The notes beneath the pieces were generated by a model. The model was not told the DNA's origin, did no database searches, and saw only the letters and a program-made list of their open reading frames with translations. This document shows positions 19,644-28,139 of a DNA stretch of 39,762 nt, one piece after another (the stretch's first letter is position 1; each line of letters begins with the position of its first letter). Both the position numbers and the translations under genes were made by a program. Source of the DNA: Bacteroidaceae bacterium (GTDB lineage: Bacteria > Bacillota_I > Bacilli_A > RF39 > UBA660); contig CAVFIB010000003.1 in the NCBI GenBank assembly GCA_963622385.1, positions 1 to 39,762 on the forward strand, read 5' to 3'.

Positions 19644-20462
19644 TTATTCCTCCTTATTTAAAAGCATCCATTTATGCATTTCTTTTACCATAACTTCATA
19701 TGATGGAATTTTAAAATTATAGGTACTAGTATTTATGAAGCTTTTATCACATGTAACGTCATTAAAAGGAATAATATCAATGTCTTTGTTAAATTCTTTT
19801 TTAAATAAATTAAGTAAATCATACTTACTTATTTTTTTATTATTAGTAACATGATATAAACCATTTAAATCATCTAGAATTGCTTTTTCTATACATTTAG
19901 ATAATTCTAAGGTTGTTACTCCAGACCAAAAAACATTCTTATAACCATTCACACTTTTACTACTTTCCATGAACCATTTGAATAATCCTATTCCATTTTT
20001 ATTGTTATCTGGTCCAATTATGGAAGTTCTTAAAGTTAAATTATAATCATTGTTTATTTCTCCTAGTGATTTGGTCATTCCATAAAAACTTTTTGCATCT
20101 TTTATGTCATTTTCTTTATAGGATCCCTTTGTGCCTTCGAAAACACAATCAGTTGAAATGTGAATAAATTTGATATTTCTTTTTTTACATAGTTCATCCA
20201 TATAATGAGGAAAATAACTATTTATAAAAATAGCATTTTTTTTATTGTCTTCAGCATTTTTGTTTAAAATTCCTATGCAATTTATTATATGAGTTGGTTT
20301 AAAGTCTTTGATAATAGTGTTTATTTTATCTATTTCTAAAGCATCATAGATATAATCACCTTTTTTTCTATCTGTTCCTTTTACTATATATCCTTTATTA
20401 TTAAGGTAATTCTTGACTACATGTCCAAGCATTCCTTTTTCTCCGATTACTAATATTTTCAT
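19644..20462 (-). CDS. RmlD-like SDR 4-reductase (WbvR-like, UDP-6-deoxy-4-keto-L-HexNAc reductase candidate)
   Basis: The Rossmann motif is KILVIGEKGMLG. A YxxxK is present (FYGMTKSLGE). At 272 aa it has the size and shape of dTDP-4-dehydrorhamnose-reductase-type enzymes, not the roughly 370-aa CapF/FnlB type. It is packed between the dehydratase and the GT with 1-nt gaps. Confidence 0.7.
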   Translation of the reverse strand: MKILVIGEKGMLGHVVKNYLNNKGYIVKGTDRKKGDYIYDALEIDKINTIIKDFKPTHIINCIGILNKNAEDNKKNAIFINSYFPHYMDELCKKRNIKFIHISTDCVFEGTKGSYKENDIKDAKSFYGMTKSLGEINNDYNLTLRTSIIGPDNNKNGIGLFKWFMESSKSVNGYKNVFWSGVTTLELSKCIEKAILDDLNGLYHVTNNKKISKYDLLNLFKKEFNKDIDIIPFNDVTCDKSFINTSTYNFKIPSYEVMVKEMHKWMLLNKEE

Positions 20463-20463
20463 T

Positions 20464-21456
20464 TTAATTCTCCATTTTTTTTAACAATTCTATAACTTCA
20501 TCTACATTAAGTAATTTTGTGTTTTTTGAAGTGTATGCTTTATGCTCTTTTATTTTACTGTTACCATTTTTATAAAAATTGTTATAGTTTAAGTTTCTGT
20601 TATCCATGGGAATTCTGTAAAAATGTCCCATGTCTTCTGCTCTTGAGATTTCTTCTGCGGTTACTAAAACTTCATGTTTTTTTTCTCCGTGTCTTGTTCC
20701 TATTATTTTGGTGCCAACTTTACTGTTTTTATATTTTAATATAGCTTTTGCTAGAGTGTCAATTGTCGCAGCTGGGGCTTTTTGGACGAATAGATCACCT
20801 TGTTTACCATTTTCAAATGCAAATAGAACTAAATCTACTGCATCTTTTAAGGTCATCATATATCTTGTCATGTTAGGATCAGTGATGGTTAAAACTTTTT
20901 TATTTTCTACTAATTCATAAAATAATGGAATAACAGAACCACGTGATCCCATGACGTTTCCATATCTGGTTAGACAAATAATGGTTTTTGATTCATTACC
21001 TAGTTCTCTTGCTTTAGAGACTGCTATTTTTTCCATCATGGCTTTACTTATTCCCATGGCATTTATAGGATATGCAGCCTTATCTGTACTTAAACATATT
21101 ATTTTTTCTACATTATTTTCAATTGCTACACTTAAAACGTTATCAGTTCCTAAAACGTTAGTTTTAACTGCTTCTATAGGGAAAAACTCACAAGATGGTA
21201 CTTGTTTTAAAGCAGCGGCATGGAATATGTAGTTAACACCTTTCATGACGCTATTTAAAGAGGATTTATCTCTAACGTCTCCTATATAGAATTTTAATTT
21301 ATCAGAATTATATTGTTTTCTTAAATCGTCTTGTTTTTTTTCATCTCTTGAGAATATTCTTATTTCTTTTATATCAGAATTTAAAAATTTTTTTAGAACT
21401 TCGTTTCCAAAGGAGCCAGTTCCTCCGGTTATTAATAATATTTTATCTTTGAACAT
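20464..21456 (-). CDS. UDP-GlcNAc 4,6-dehydratase/5(3)-epimerase, CapE/FnlA/WbvB family (copy 2)
   Basis: It carries the same motif set as copy 1 and, by eye, is roughly four-fifths identical to it at protein level. AAGGAGGG is an upstream RBS. Confidence 0.9.
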   Translation of the reverse strand: MFKDKILLITGGTGSFGNEVLKKFLNSDIKEIRIFSRDEKKQDDLRKQYNSDKLKFYIGDVRDKSSLNSVMKGVNYIFHAAALKQVPSCEFFPIEAVKTNVLGTDNVLSVAIENNVEKIICLSTDKAAYPINAMGISKAMMEKIAVSKARELGNESKTIICLTRYGNVMGSRGSVIPLFYELVENKKVLTITDPNMTRYMMTLKDAVDLVLFAFENGKQGDLFVQKAPAATIDTLAKAILKYKNSKVGTKIIGTRHGEKKHEVLVTAEEISRAEDMGHFYRIPMDNRNLNYNNFYKNGNSKIKEHKAYTSKNTKLLNVDEVIELLKKMEN

Positions 21457-21476
21457 TTTCTACCCTCCTTATATTA

Positions 21477-21504
21477 AGTATATCACGGATGATACAAATA
21501 TCAA
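21477..21504 (-). promoter_or_regulatory. Putative sigma-A promoter of module 2
   Basis: On the minus strand the -35 is TTGATA (21504-21499), the spacer is 16 nt, and the extended -10 is TGATATACT (-10 at 21482-21477). It lies just downstream of the strong terminator and about 20 nt upstream of the start codon. Confidence 0.45.
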
Positions 21505-21505
21505 C

Positions 21506-21532
21506 AAAAAAAACCTTAATATATAAGGTTTT
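21506..21532 (-). terminator. Strong rho-independent terminator ending the long nusB-to-GT893 transcription unit
   Basis: The minus strand reads AAAACCTTA-TATAT-TAAGGTTTT (9-bp stem) and runs into a U8 tract. It starts 1 nt after the TAA at 21534-21536. Confidence 0.8.
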
Positions 21533-21533
21533 C

Positions 21534-24215
21534 TTAGTTTTTATGGGTTTTATCGTACTCCATAAGAGCTTTATATGCTCTTTCGCAGTTTTTATTGTCT
21601 TTATGATAGAAGAATTCATCACATCTTTTTATGTATTTGTCTTCCATTTTACAATCATTTTTAATTACTTTTATAATGTTATCTATAGTTTCGTCATAAC
21701 TTTTACAGTTTGGACCAAATCCATTTTTATCGTAATTAAAGTATCCTGGATTATAATAATGTGTTTCAAAAATAGTATCAAAGTCAAAATTGGCATATAC
21801 TACTGGTTTTCTTAAATAAGCAAAATCACAGGCTGATGATGAGTAATCAGTAACAATGAATTTAGATACTTTTGTTTCATATTGAGAATCAACGTCAATT
21901 GCTATATCAACATATTCGTTGCCTTTAAAATCATCAAATTGAGCTCTGAAACTTGGATGAATACAAAATTTTATTTTTAAATTATGCTCTTTGAGTACTT
22001 TTTGTAATTTTTTATCGTTGAATAATTTATCGTAAAATTTAAAGTAATCACTTTGAGTGAATTCTTCGTTATATTCTCTTCTTTGAGTTCCTGGAATAGT
22101 AGGTCCTGCGAGTTTTGATCTCCAGCTTGGCATAAATAAGATTTGATTTTTTTCATTTTCTTTTAGAAAAAGGTTATCGTGACGAGGTAAACCACTTTTT
22201 ATTAGTTGTTCTTCTTTAAAATAATATTCGCCTTCTAAAATGCTTTTGCATTCTAAAGGACTTGTAACAACGTTTAAAGTAAAGTCTTTATTTATTCTGT
22301 TAAGCCAAGAAGAGGAGTCGTGAAGTAAAATTCCGTGTGTTAAATAAATATATTTGAAACTATATAAATCTACGAAGAAGGATCTTTCTGCTCCAAAAGC
22401 ATTATTAATGTAACCATCTGCATGGGATGAGATGAGATACTTAGCATTTAAAAAGAATAGTTTATATTTAAATGTATGATATTTTATGACTTTACCATAT
22501 TTTTTAATTCTTTTATAGTCTTCGTATCTTTTATCGATTACAAAATAACAATGTCTATTATCTGTGTTTTCTTGTGATAATGTATACTTATATAGAGCTT
22601 CTGCGTTATCTCTACCCATAAATTCTCGATCGCAGAATAACCAAATATTCTTAGGCATAAAAGGTTTAGTAATGAAATAAATAAACCTAGTAAAGACTAT
22701 TCTTATAAGAGATAAAAATTTTAATTTTCTATTTTTTTTCTTATAATATAATATTCCAAACCAGTATCTTAGTTCTTTTTTGATTCTTCCTAGTTTATTT
22801 GGTTTTTTTGTTATATTAAGTTTACTTTTTCCTTTTGTAATCATGAAATCGTCGTGGATGTAATAACTTTTAGAAATATTGCTTATACGAGAATGTTTGA
22901 TATAGGTATTGGTTACTTGATAATATTTGTTATTATACTTGAAATAAAATTCTAAAACGTCATTCTTTTTAAGAGGTATTTCAAGGGAATAGCCTTCTTT
23001 TTTTATTGTGTACTTATCAGAAAAAGAAGTATTAAATTTTGTTCTTGGATAAGTATTTATTTTTATGTAATCTTTTGAGTTTTTTAACTTATAAAATAGT
23101 TTTATGTCATTTGATAAATGTGTTATTCTACCATCGATATAAAGAGTATTCTTATCTATTTTTAGGATTTCAATAGTATTTCTTATACCTGATATTTTAC
23201 ATAGATTAGCATTGTTTACAAATGCCTTTTCGTCTTTGAAAGTTACGTTTATATTGCCTTTATTTTTTATTAATAAAGTAAGCATTTTGTAATATGTTTT
23301 TATATTTTTTTGGTCAAGAATAACTTCGTCTTCGACATAAGTTAATAGTTTTTCGATTAGTTCTACATATTCTTTTTGTTCTTTTTCCTCTAAAACATCA
23401 GTAATACCAAGTCTTATCTTCCATTGCAGATCATACATGATGAAATATTGTAGAAATTGTGGTACTTTTCCTAATTTTTTTTCATATATTTTGATTAATT
23501 CAAGTTGACAATTTTTTAAAGTATCAAGATACCATTCTTTTTTTAAATGTGATGTTTGTATAGCAGATGTTTCTTCCATTCTTCTTCTGTAGTTGTATAA
23601 AGCATCAGATATAATACCATATTTTTGTTTATCTACTAGTATTTGATAAATAACTTTGGTATCTTCGCTTATTTTTAAATTAGTGTCAAAAGGGCTATTC
23701 CATAGCTTATTTTTTCTAATAATACAGGTTGGAATGTGAAGTACTATTCCACTTGGTTCTTCTTTTAAATCAATTATTCTATTTCCTGTAAATTTATAAT
23801 CTAAGTGATGATATGTGGTGAATTTTTCGAAGAATTTAATTCTAAAGGCTACTAGGTCAATTGAAGGGTTTTCGTCAAGCATCTTAATACCTTTTTTATA
23901 AGCGTTTTTATCCCAAATGTCATCACCGTCAAAGAAGTTTATATATTCTCCATGTGCTAGTTTAAATCCAAGATTTCTTGCTGAGGATACTCCGCCATTT
24001 TTTTTCTTTTTATATACTATGTTATTTGGATATTTTTCTAGGTATTTTTTACAAATTTTTTCGGAATCATCTGGAGAACCATCATTAATTAGGATAAGTT
24101 CTATGTTTTCTTCGAATCCTATTGACTGTCTGATAACACTTTTTATTGCATCTTCAAGATAATCTTCAACGTTATATATTGGTATAATTGTTGTGATTTT
24201 ATAGTTTTTTTTCAT
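21534..24215 (-). CDS. Bifunctional GT2 glycosyltransferase / TagF-like (Glyphos_transf) polyol-phosphate transferase
   Basis: The N-terminal GT2 shows TTIIPIYNVEDYL, LINDGSPDDS, NGGVSSARN, FDGDD and SEDTKV. A middle region of about 240 aa is beta-rich. The C-terminal roughly 410 aa have TagB/TagF-type features (IWLFCDRE, RDNAEALY, SHADG, TLNVVTS, PRHD, MPSWR, VTDYSS). The architecture resembles B. subtilis GgaB. Confidence 0.85.
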   Translation of the reverse strand: MKKNYKITTIIPIYNVEDYLEDAIKSVIRQSIGFEENIELILINDGSPDDSEKICKKYLEKYPNNIVYKKKKNGGVSSARNLGFKLAHGEYINFFDGDDIWDKNAYKKGIKMLDENPSIDLVAFRIKFFEKFTTYHHLDYKFTGNRIIDLKEEPSGIVLHIPTCIIRKNKLWNSPFDTNLKISEDTKVIYQILVDKQKYGIISDALYNYRRRMEETSAIQTSHLKKEWYLDTLKNCQLELIKIYEKKLGKVPQFLQYFIMYDLQWKIRLGITDVLEEKEQKEYVELIEKLLTYVEDEVILDQKNIKTYYKMLTLLIKNKGNINVTFKDEKAFVNNANLCKISGIRNTIEILKIDKNTLYIDGRITHLSNDIKLFYKLKNSKDYIKINTYPRTKFNTSFSDKYTIKKEGYSLEIPLKKNDVLEFYFKYNNKYYQVTNTYIKHSRISNISKSYYIHDDFMITKGKSKLNITKKPNKLGRIKKELRYWFGILYYKKKNRKLKFLSLIRIVFTRFIYFITKPFMPKNIWLFCDREFMGRDNAEALYKYTLSQENTDNRHCYFVIDKRYEDYKRIKKYGKVIKYHTFKYKLFFLNAKYLISSHADGYINNAFGAERSFFVDLYSFKYIYLTHGILLHDSSSWLNRINKDFTLNVVTSPLECKSILEGEYYFKEEQLIKSGLPRHDNLFLKENEKNQILFMPSWRSKLAGPTIPGTQRREYNEEFTQSDYFKFYDKLFNDKKLQKVLKEHNLKIKFCIHPSFRAQFDDFKGNEYVDIAIDVDSQYETKVSKFIVTDYSSSACDFAYLRKPVVYANFDFDTIFETHYYNPGYFNYDKNGFGPNCKSYDETIDNIIKVIKNDCKMEDKYIKRCDEFFYHKDNKNCERAYKALMEYDKTHKN

Positions 24216-24233
24216 AAAGACTTTCCCCCTTTT

Positions 24234-25253
24234 TTAAATTTTCCATTTCATAATTGTTTTGTAATCATTGTTAGCACTTGCTTCAAATGCTTTTGTTATG
24301 TCTTTTACATCGTTTACTATTATTTCTTCGGAAATTATATTTGTTAAATAATCTACTGCATCTTTATTATTTTCTAAAAAGTCTATAGAGGCTTTGAAAT
24401 CTTCATAAGAACTTCTGCTGTTTCCTATTAAGGTAAGGCCTTTTTCTAAGACCATGCGTGTATTTATTGGTACATTGTTTTCATTTACTCCGAGTAGTGC
24501 TATTGTTCCTTGGGGGTTAATTATATCTATTATTTGATTTATTGCATTTTCTGATTTAGGACCACCAACACATTCGAAAGCGTGATCTACTCTTAAGTCT
24601 TCTGGTACTTCATTAACTAAATAAGTTTCATCTACGAAGGGTAAATAGTTTAGTTTGGTCTCGTCTGCATCAAATGCTACTATTTTAGCATCTTTGTAAG
24701 CATATTTTAAGATGAGTGCTGTACAAAGACCAACGTTACCGCATCCCCATACACCAAGGGTTAATTTGTTTTTATGACTATAATTTTTAAAATGATCAAG
24801 TGCATTCATTGAAACGCTTAAAAGTTCTAGGAGTACTGCGACTCTATCGGGTATTTTTTTATATTCTATGACTCTGTTTCTTGAAATGCAGACAAAGGAT
24901 TGCATAAAACCATCAATACCACTAGATTTGAATTTACTGCTTCTTAAATAGTTTTCTTTTATTACATCACTTTTTTCTACTGGGGTATTAGGAATCATAA
25001 CTACTTTTGTTCCTTTTTTGTAAAGACCTTTTGGATCGTATATAACCTCTCCTACTGCTTCGTGTATTAAAGCCATTGGAAGTTTTTTTCTTAGTATTTC
25101 TGGTTTTCTAAGTCCAAAAAAATATCTTTTATCTGCAGCACAAATGGATAAGTAAGTTGGTCTAACGATTATATCATCATCGTGTAAGTTTTCTTCAACT
25201 ATGTCTATTCTTATTTGTTTGGGAGAAGATAATCTATAAGAATGATTAAGCAT
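24234..25253 (-). CDS. tarJ: Ribulose-5-phosphate reductase (ribitol-5-phosphate dehydrogenase)
   Basis: It is collinear with S. aureus TarJ as I recall it: IVRPTYLSICAADKRYF, KLPMALIHEAVGEV, KGTKVVMIPNTP, FECVGG and VLEKGLTLIGNSRS. Confidence 0.88.
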   Translation of the reverse strand: MLNHSYRLSSPKQIRIDIVEENLHDDDIIVRPTYLSICAADKRYFFGLRKPEILRKKLPMALIHEAVGEVIYDPKGLYKKGTKVVMIPNTPVEKSDVIKENYLRSSKFKSSGIDGFMQSFVCISRNRVIEYKKIPDRVAVLLELLSVSMNALDHFKNYSHKNKLTLGVWGCGNVGLCTALILKYAYKDAKIVAFDADETKLNYLPFVDETYLVNEVPEDLRVDHAFECVGGPKSENAINQIIDIINPQGTIALLGVNENNVPINTRMVLEKGLTLIGNSRSSYEDFKASIDFLENNKDAVDYLTNIISEEIIVNDVKDITKAFEASANNDYKTIMKWKI

Positions 25254-25959
25254 CGTTTCTCACCGTAACTATTGCACTAGCTAGTTTCAAATCGAAAACA
25301 GTTGTAATCTTTATATTGAAAGTTTCTCCCATAACTATTTTAACTGGTTTATTCTTTAAAACAAATATTTTACAAGCATCAGTAAGAATATCTTTTTCGT
25401 CTTCTGTTAAAGATGTATATAATTCCATTAATTCAAGGATATTAAATGTTTGCGGAGTTTGTCCATAATATAAAACACTTCTATTAGGAATTGATTCTAT
25501 TTCTTTATCGTCTAAGCTTTTAATGATTGTATCAGTAGCAGGTATTACAGTATCTACTGCAGAACATTTTTTTCCGGCTTTTATATTATCTTCAATTATT
25601 CTTTGGTTTATAAAAGGACGAACTGCATCATGGGTTATTATTATATCATTTTTATTTATACCATAAGTTTTTTCTATGTATTTGCAACCGTTTATTATTG
25701 ATTCGTTTCTAGTGGAACCACCACAAGTTACTTCAATGTTATCGTTGTTTTTAATATATTTTTTGATTAAATCTTCAGTATAAGAAATCCAGTTTTTAGG
25801 AGTACAAACTATTATCTTATCGATATCTTTGTTTATAACAAATTGTTCTATTGTATGTATTATAATTGGCTTTTCGGAAAGCATCATAAATTGTTTAGGA
25901 AGATCTTTGTTTCCAAATCTTTTTCCATGTCCTCCTGCTAATATTTCTGCATAAATCAT
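25246..25959 (-). CDS. tarI: Ribitol-5-phosphate cytidylyltransferase (CDP-ribitol synthase)
   Basis: It is collinear with S. aureus TarI: ILAGGHGKRFG, LPKQF, THDAVRPF, YGQTPQTF, DACKIF and NIKITT. It overlaps tarJ by 8 nt. Confidence 0.9.
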   Translation of the reverse strand: MIYAEILAGGHGKRFGNKDLPKQFMMLSEKPIIIHTIEQFVINKDIDKIIVCTPKNWISYTEDLIKKYIKNNDNIEVTCGGSTRNESIINGCKYIEKTYGINKNDIIITHDAVRPFINQRIIEDNIKAGKKCSAVDTVIPATDTIIKSLDDKEIESIPNRSVLYYGQTPQTFNILELMELYTSLTEDEKDILTDACKIFVLKNKPVKIVMGETFNIKITTVFDLKLASAIVTVRNDA

Positions 25960-25977
25960 ATTATTACCTCTTTTCTT

Positions 25978-26742
25978 TTAATCTAAACTTTTCATAAATT
26001 CTTCGTATTTATCTACTATTTCGTCAGGTTTTCCGTCACCTTTTAAAACACCATCATTTATCCAAATTACTCTGTCACATAGACTTCTAAGTGTTCTTGA
26101 ACTGTGTGATACTATGATTACGGTTCTGTCTTCATCAGAAATAAGTTCTTTCATTTTGTTATAGCTTTTTTCTTGGAATCTAACATCTCCGACTGATAGA
26201 ACTTCATCTATTAGCATTATATCCGTTTCAAGAATAGCAGTTATTGCAAAAGCAAGTTTTGAATACATTCCAGAGGAATAGGAGTTAACAGGTTTATAAA
26301 TAAAATCTCCTAGTTCAGAAAATTCTATTATTTCGTCTATTCTTTCTTTTATTTGGGCTTCTGAGTATCCTAAAAGGAGGCCTGATAAGAATATATTTTC
26401 ATATCCTGATAATCTTCTTTGAAAACCAACACCAATTGAAAGAAGTGATATGGAATTACCATGTAAATCTATAGAACCAGAATCTGCTGAAAAGATACCT
26501 GCTATAGCCCTTAGTAGTGTTGATTTCCCTGAACCGTTCTTACCACAGATACCAAGTATTTGTCCTTTTGGAATTTCAAATGATACATTTTTAACTGCAT
26601 GGAATTCTTTAGCATTAAGTAGGTTTTTAATGCCAGATCTTGCTAAAGAAAATCTTTTTATGTCTTTATAAAAGATATTTAAATTTTTAACAGTAATAGC
26701 AATTTCTTGCTTTTGTTTAGTTTTAACTTGTTCTTTTTCCAT
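25978..26742 (-). CDS. tagH: Teichoic-acid/polysaccharide export ABC transporter, ATP-binding subunit (short form)
   Basis: Walker A is GKNGSGKST, the signature is YSSGMYSKLAF, and Walker B is IMLIDEVLSVGD. Its start overlaps the tagG stop (TAATG). Confidence 0.88.
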   Translation of the reverse strand: MEKEQVKTKQKQEIAITVKNLNIFYKDIKRFSLARSGIKNLLNAKEFHAVKNVSFEIPKGQILGICGKNGSGKSTLLRAIAGIFSADSGSIDLHGNSISLLSIGVGFQRRLSGYENIFLSGLLLGYSEAQIKERIDEIIEFSELGDFIYKPVNSYSSGMYSKLAFAITAILETDIMLIDEVLSVGDVRFQEKSYNKMKELISDEDRTVIIVSHSSRTLRSLCDRVIWINDGVLKGDGKPDEIVDKYEEFMKSLD

Positions 26743-27527
26743 TACTTCATCACCTTTACATATGTATTTTCATATTTATATATGGTTCTTATACCGATCA
26801 ATGAAAGAACGATTCCTATTACAAACCAAAATGCAAGTAGTTTTAAACTAGGGGTTTTCTGGTACATTAGACATTTTCTAAATGATGAAATCATTGCTGC
26901 GATAGGGTTAAATTTTTCAAGTAAACCACTATATGGCTTAGGTACTCTGTTTAAAGAGAAGAATACACCAGATATATAGAATAGCATTCTAAATAGTATT
27001 GGTACTAAGTTTTTCAAATCTTCTACAAATACTCCGAAATGCATAAAAATAGATGCAAGTCCAAAAGTAACTAGATATAAAATTATATATATTGGTATAA
27101 AGAATAAAACATTCCAAGAAATAGGTACTTGATAGATAAACATACATATAACAACTAAACTAAAGGATATTAAAAACTTGATAGTTTTTACAGACATGTT
27201 TGTTATCAAGAGAATGAATTTTGGTACATATACTTTTATAACGGTATCTCTATTGTTTCTAACGAGTGAGACTGCTGAGGTAATTGTTCCTTGAAAGAAG
27301 TTCCATGCTGTAAGACCAATAAAGACAAATACTGTATAATATTCTTGTTGAGATTTAAATACTATGATAGATATAAATGTATAAATAAGCATAAAACAAA
27401 TTGGATTAAGGAAAAGCCAAATCCAACTTAAATATGAACCAGTAACTTCAGTCTTTAACTGAGATTTAGTAGAATATTTAATATATTTCCAGTACTTTTT
27501 TAAGTCGCCGAAAAATCTTTTAATCAT
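26742..27527 (-). CDS. tagG: Teichoic-acid/polysaccharide export ABC transporter, permease subunit (ABC-2 type)
   Basis: It has six predicted TM helices and the ABC-2 pattern (SYLSWIWLFLNPI...). I set the start at the ATG at 27527 (MIKRFFGDLKKYW), which overlaps the upstream stop. The longer ORF (to 27587) would overlap the neighbouring gene by 68 nt. Confidence 0.85.
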   Translation of the reverse strand: MIKRFFGDLKKYWKYIKYSTKSQLKTEVTGSYLSWIWLFLNPICFMLIYTFISIIVFKSQQEYYTVFVFIGLTAWNFFQGTITSAVSLVRNNRDTVIKVYVPKFILLITNMSVKTIKFLISFSLVVICMFIYQVPISWNVLFFIPIYIILYLVTFGLASIFMHFGVFVEDLKNLVPILFRMLFYISGVFFSLNRVPKPYSGLLEKFNPIAAMISSFRKCLMYQKTPSLKLLAFWFVIGIVLSLIGIRTIYKYENTYVKVMK

Positions 27528-28131
27528 TGTTAACACCATCCTTTTGTAATTTACTATTTTCATATTCTTTTGGAGTATTAAAGTCAATTGTATCTTTGTC
27601 GACTATTATATATTTATCCGCTATTTTCTTTACATCAAATTCTAAATTCATAAATGATTGATAAACTTGCCAACCTTTACAATTTTTAATTTTTCCTTCT
27701 AAGTATAGTTTTCTAACACGATCAACGTGTTTTTTGAATAGCTTTCCATCTTTTATTTTTATTGCTACTATCGATTTTTCATTTCCAAAGAATAGAATAT
27801 CATCTGGTTCAGTATTTAAAATAACCTTTATAGATTCTTCTGGGTAATATGTATCACCATATAGGAAACAAATATTATCTTCTATTAATTCTTCAGTAAA
27901 TCTATCTATTTCTAAGACATTATTTTTAGGTTCATATCTAGTAGAACCTTCTATATCGTATTTTTCATCGTGAGAAGTAATAATAACATCTGGCTTTTCT
28001 AATTCTTCATTAAGTTGTCTAACAGTTCGTTTTATTAATGGTTCTCCATTTATTGTAGCGAAATGTTTTGGCAATCCTTTATAATTATTCCATCGAGTTG
28101 CTTTCCCATCACACATTATTATATATTTCAT
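27520..28131 (-). CDS. Atypical nucleotidyltransferase-fold protein (putative sugar-/polyol-phosphate nucleotidylyltransferase)
   Basis: The N-terminus MKYIIMCDGKATRWNNYKGLPKHFATINGEPLIKRTV follows the layout of the G-x-G-x-R ... PK ... G.PL signature of GT-A-type nucleotidyltransferases, but the Gly-rich loop is replaced by CDGKATRW. A later LYGDTYY could be the acidic metal site. Confidence 0.45.
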   Translation of the reverse strand: MKYIIMCDGKATRWNNYKGLPKHFATINGEPLIKRTVRQLNEELEKPDVIITSHDEKYDIEGSTRYEPKNNVLEIDRFTEELIEDNICFLYGDTYYPEESIKVILNTEPDDILFFGNEKSIVAIKIKDGKLFKKHVDRVRKLYLEGKIKNCKGWQVYQSFMNLEFDVKKIADKYIIVDKDTIDFNTPKEYENSKLQKDGVNND

Positions 28132-28139
28132 GTAATCAC

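Noticed and set aside
16186-21232. Two antisense ORFs (16186-16374 and 20951-21232) encode similar peptides (...MAFIGYAALSV.KHIIF...TASIGKNSQDGTCFKAAAW..). This could be mistaken for a conserved overlapping gene.
   Set aside because: The similarity is the mirror image of the conserved sense-strand CapE/FnlA paralogues. It carries no independent evidence of coding.
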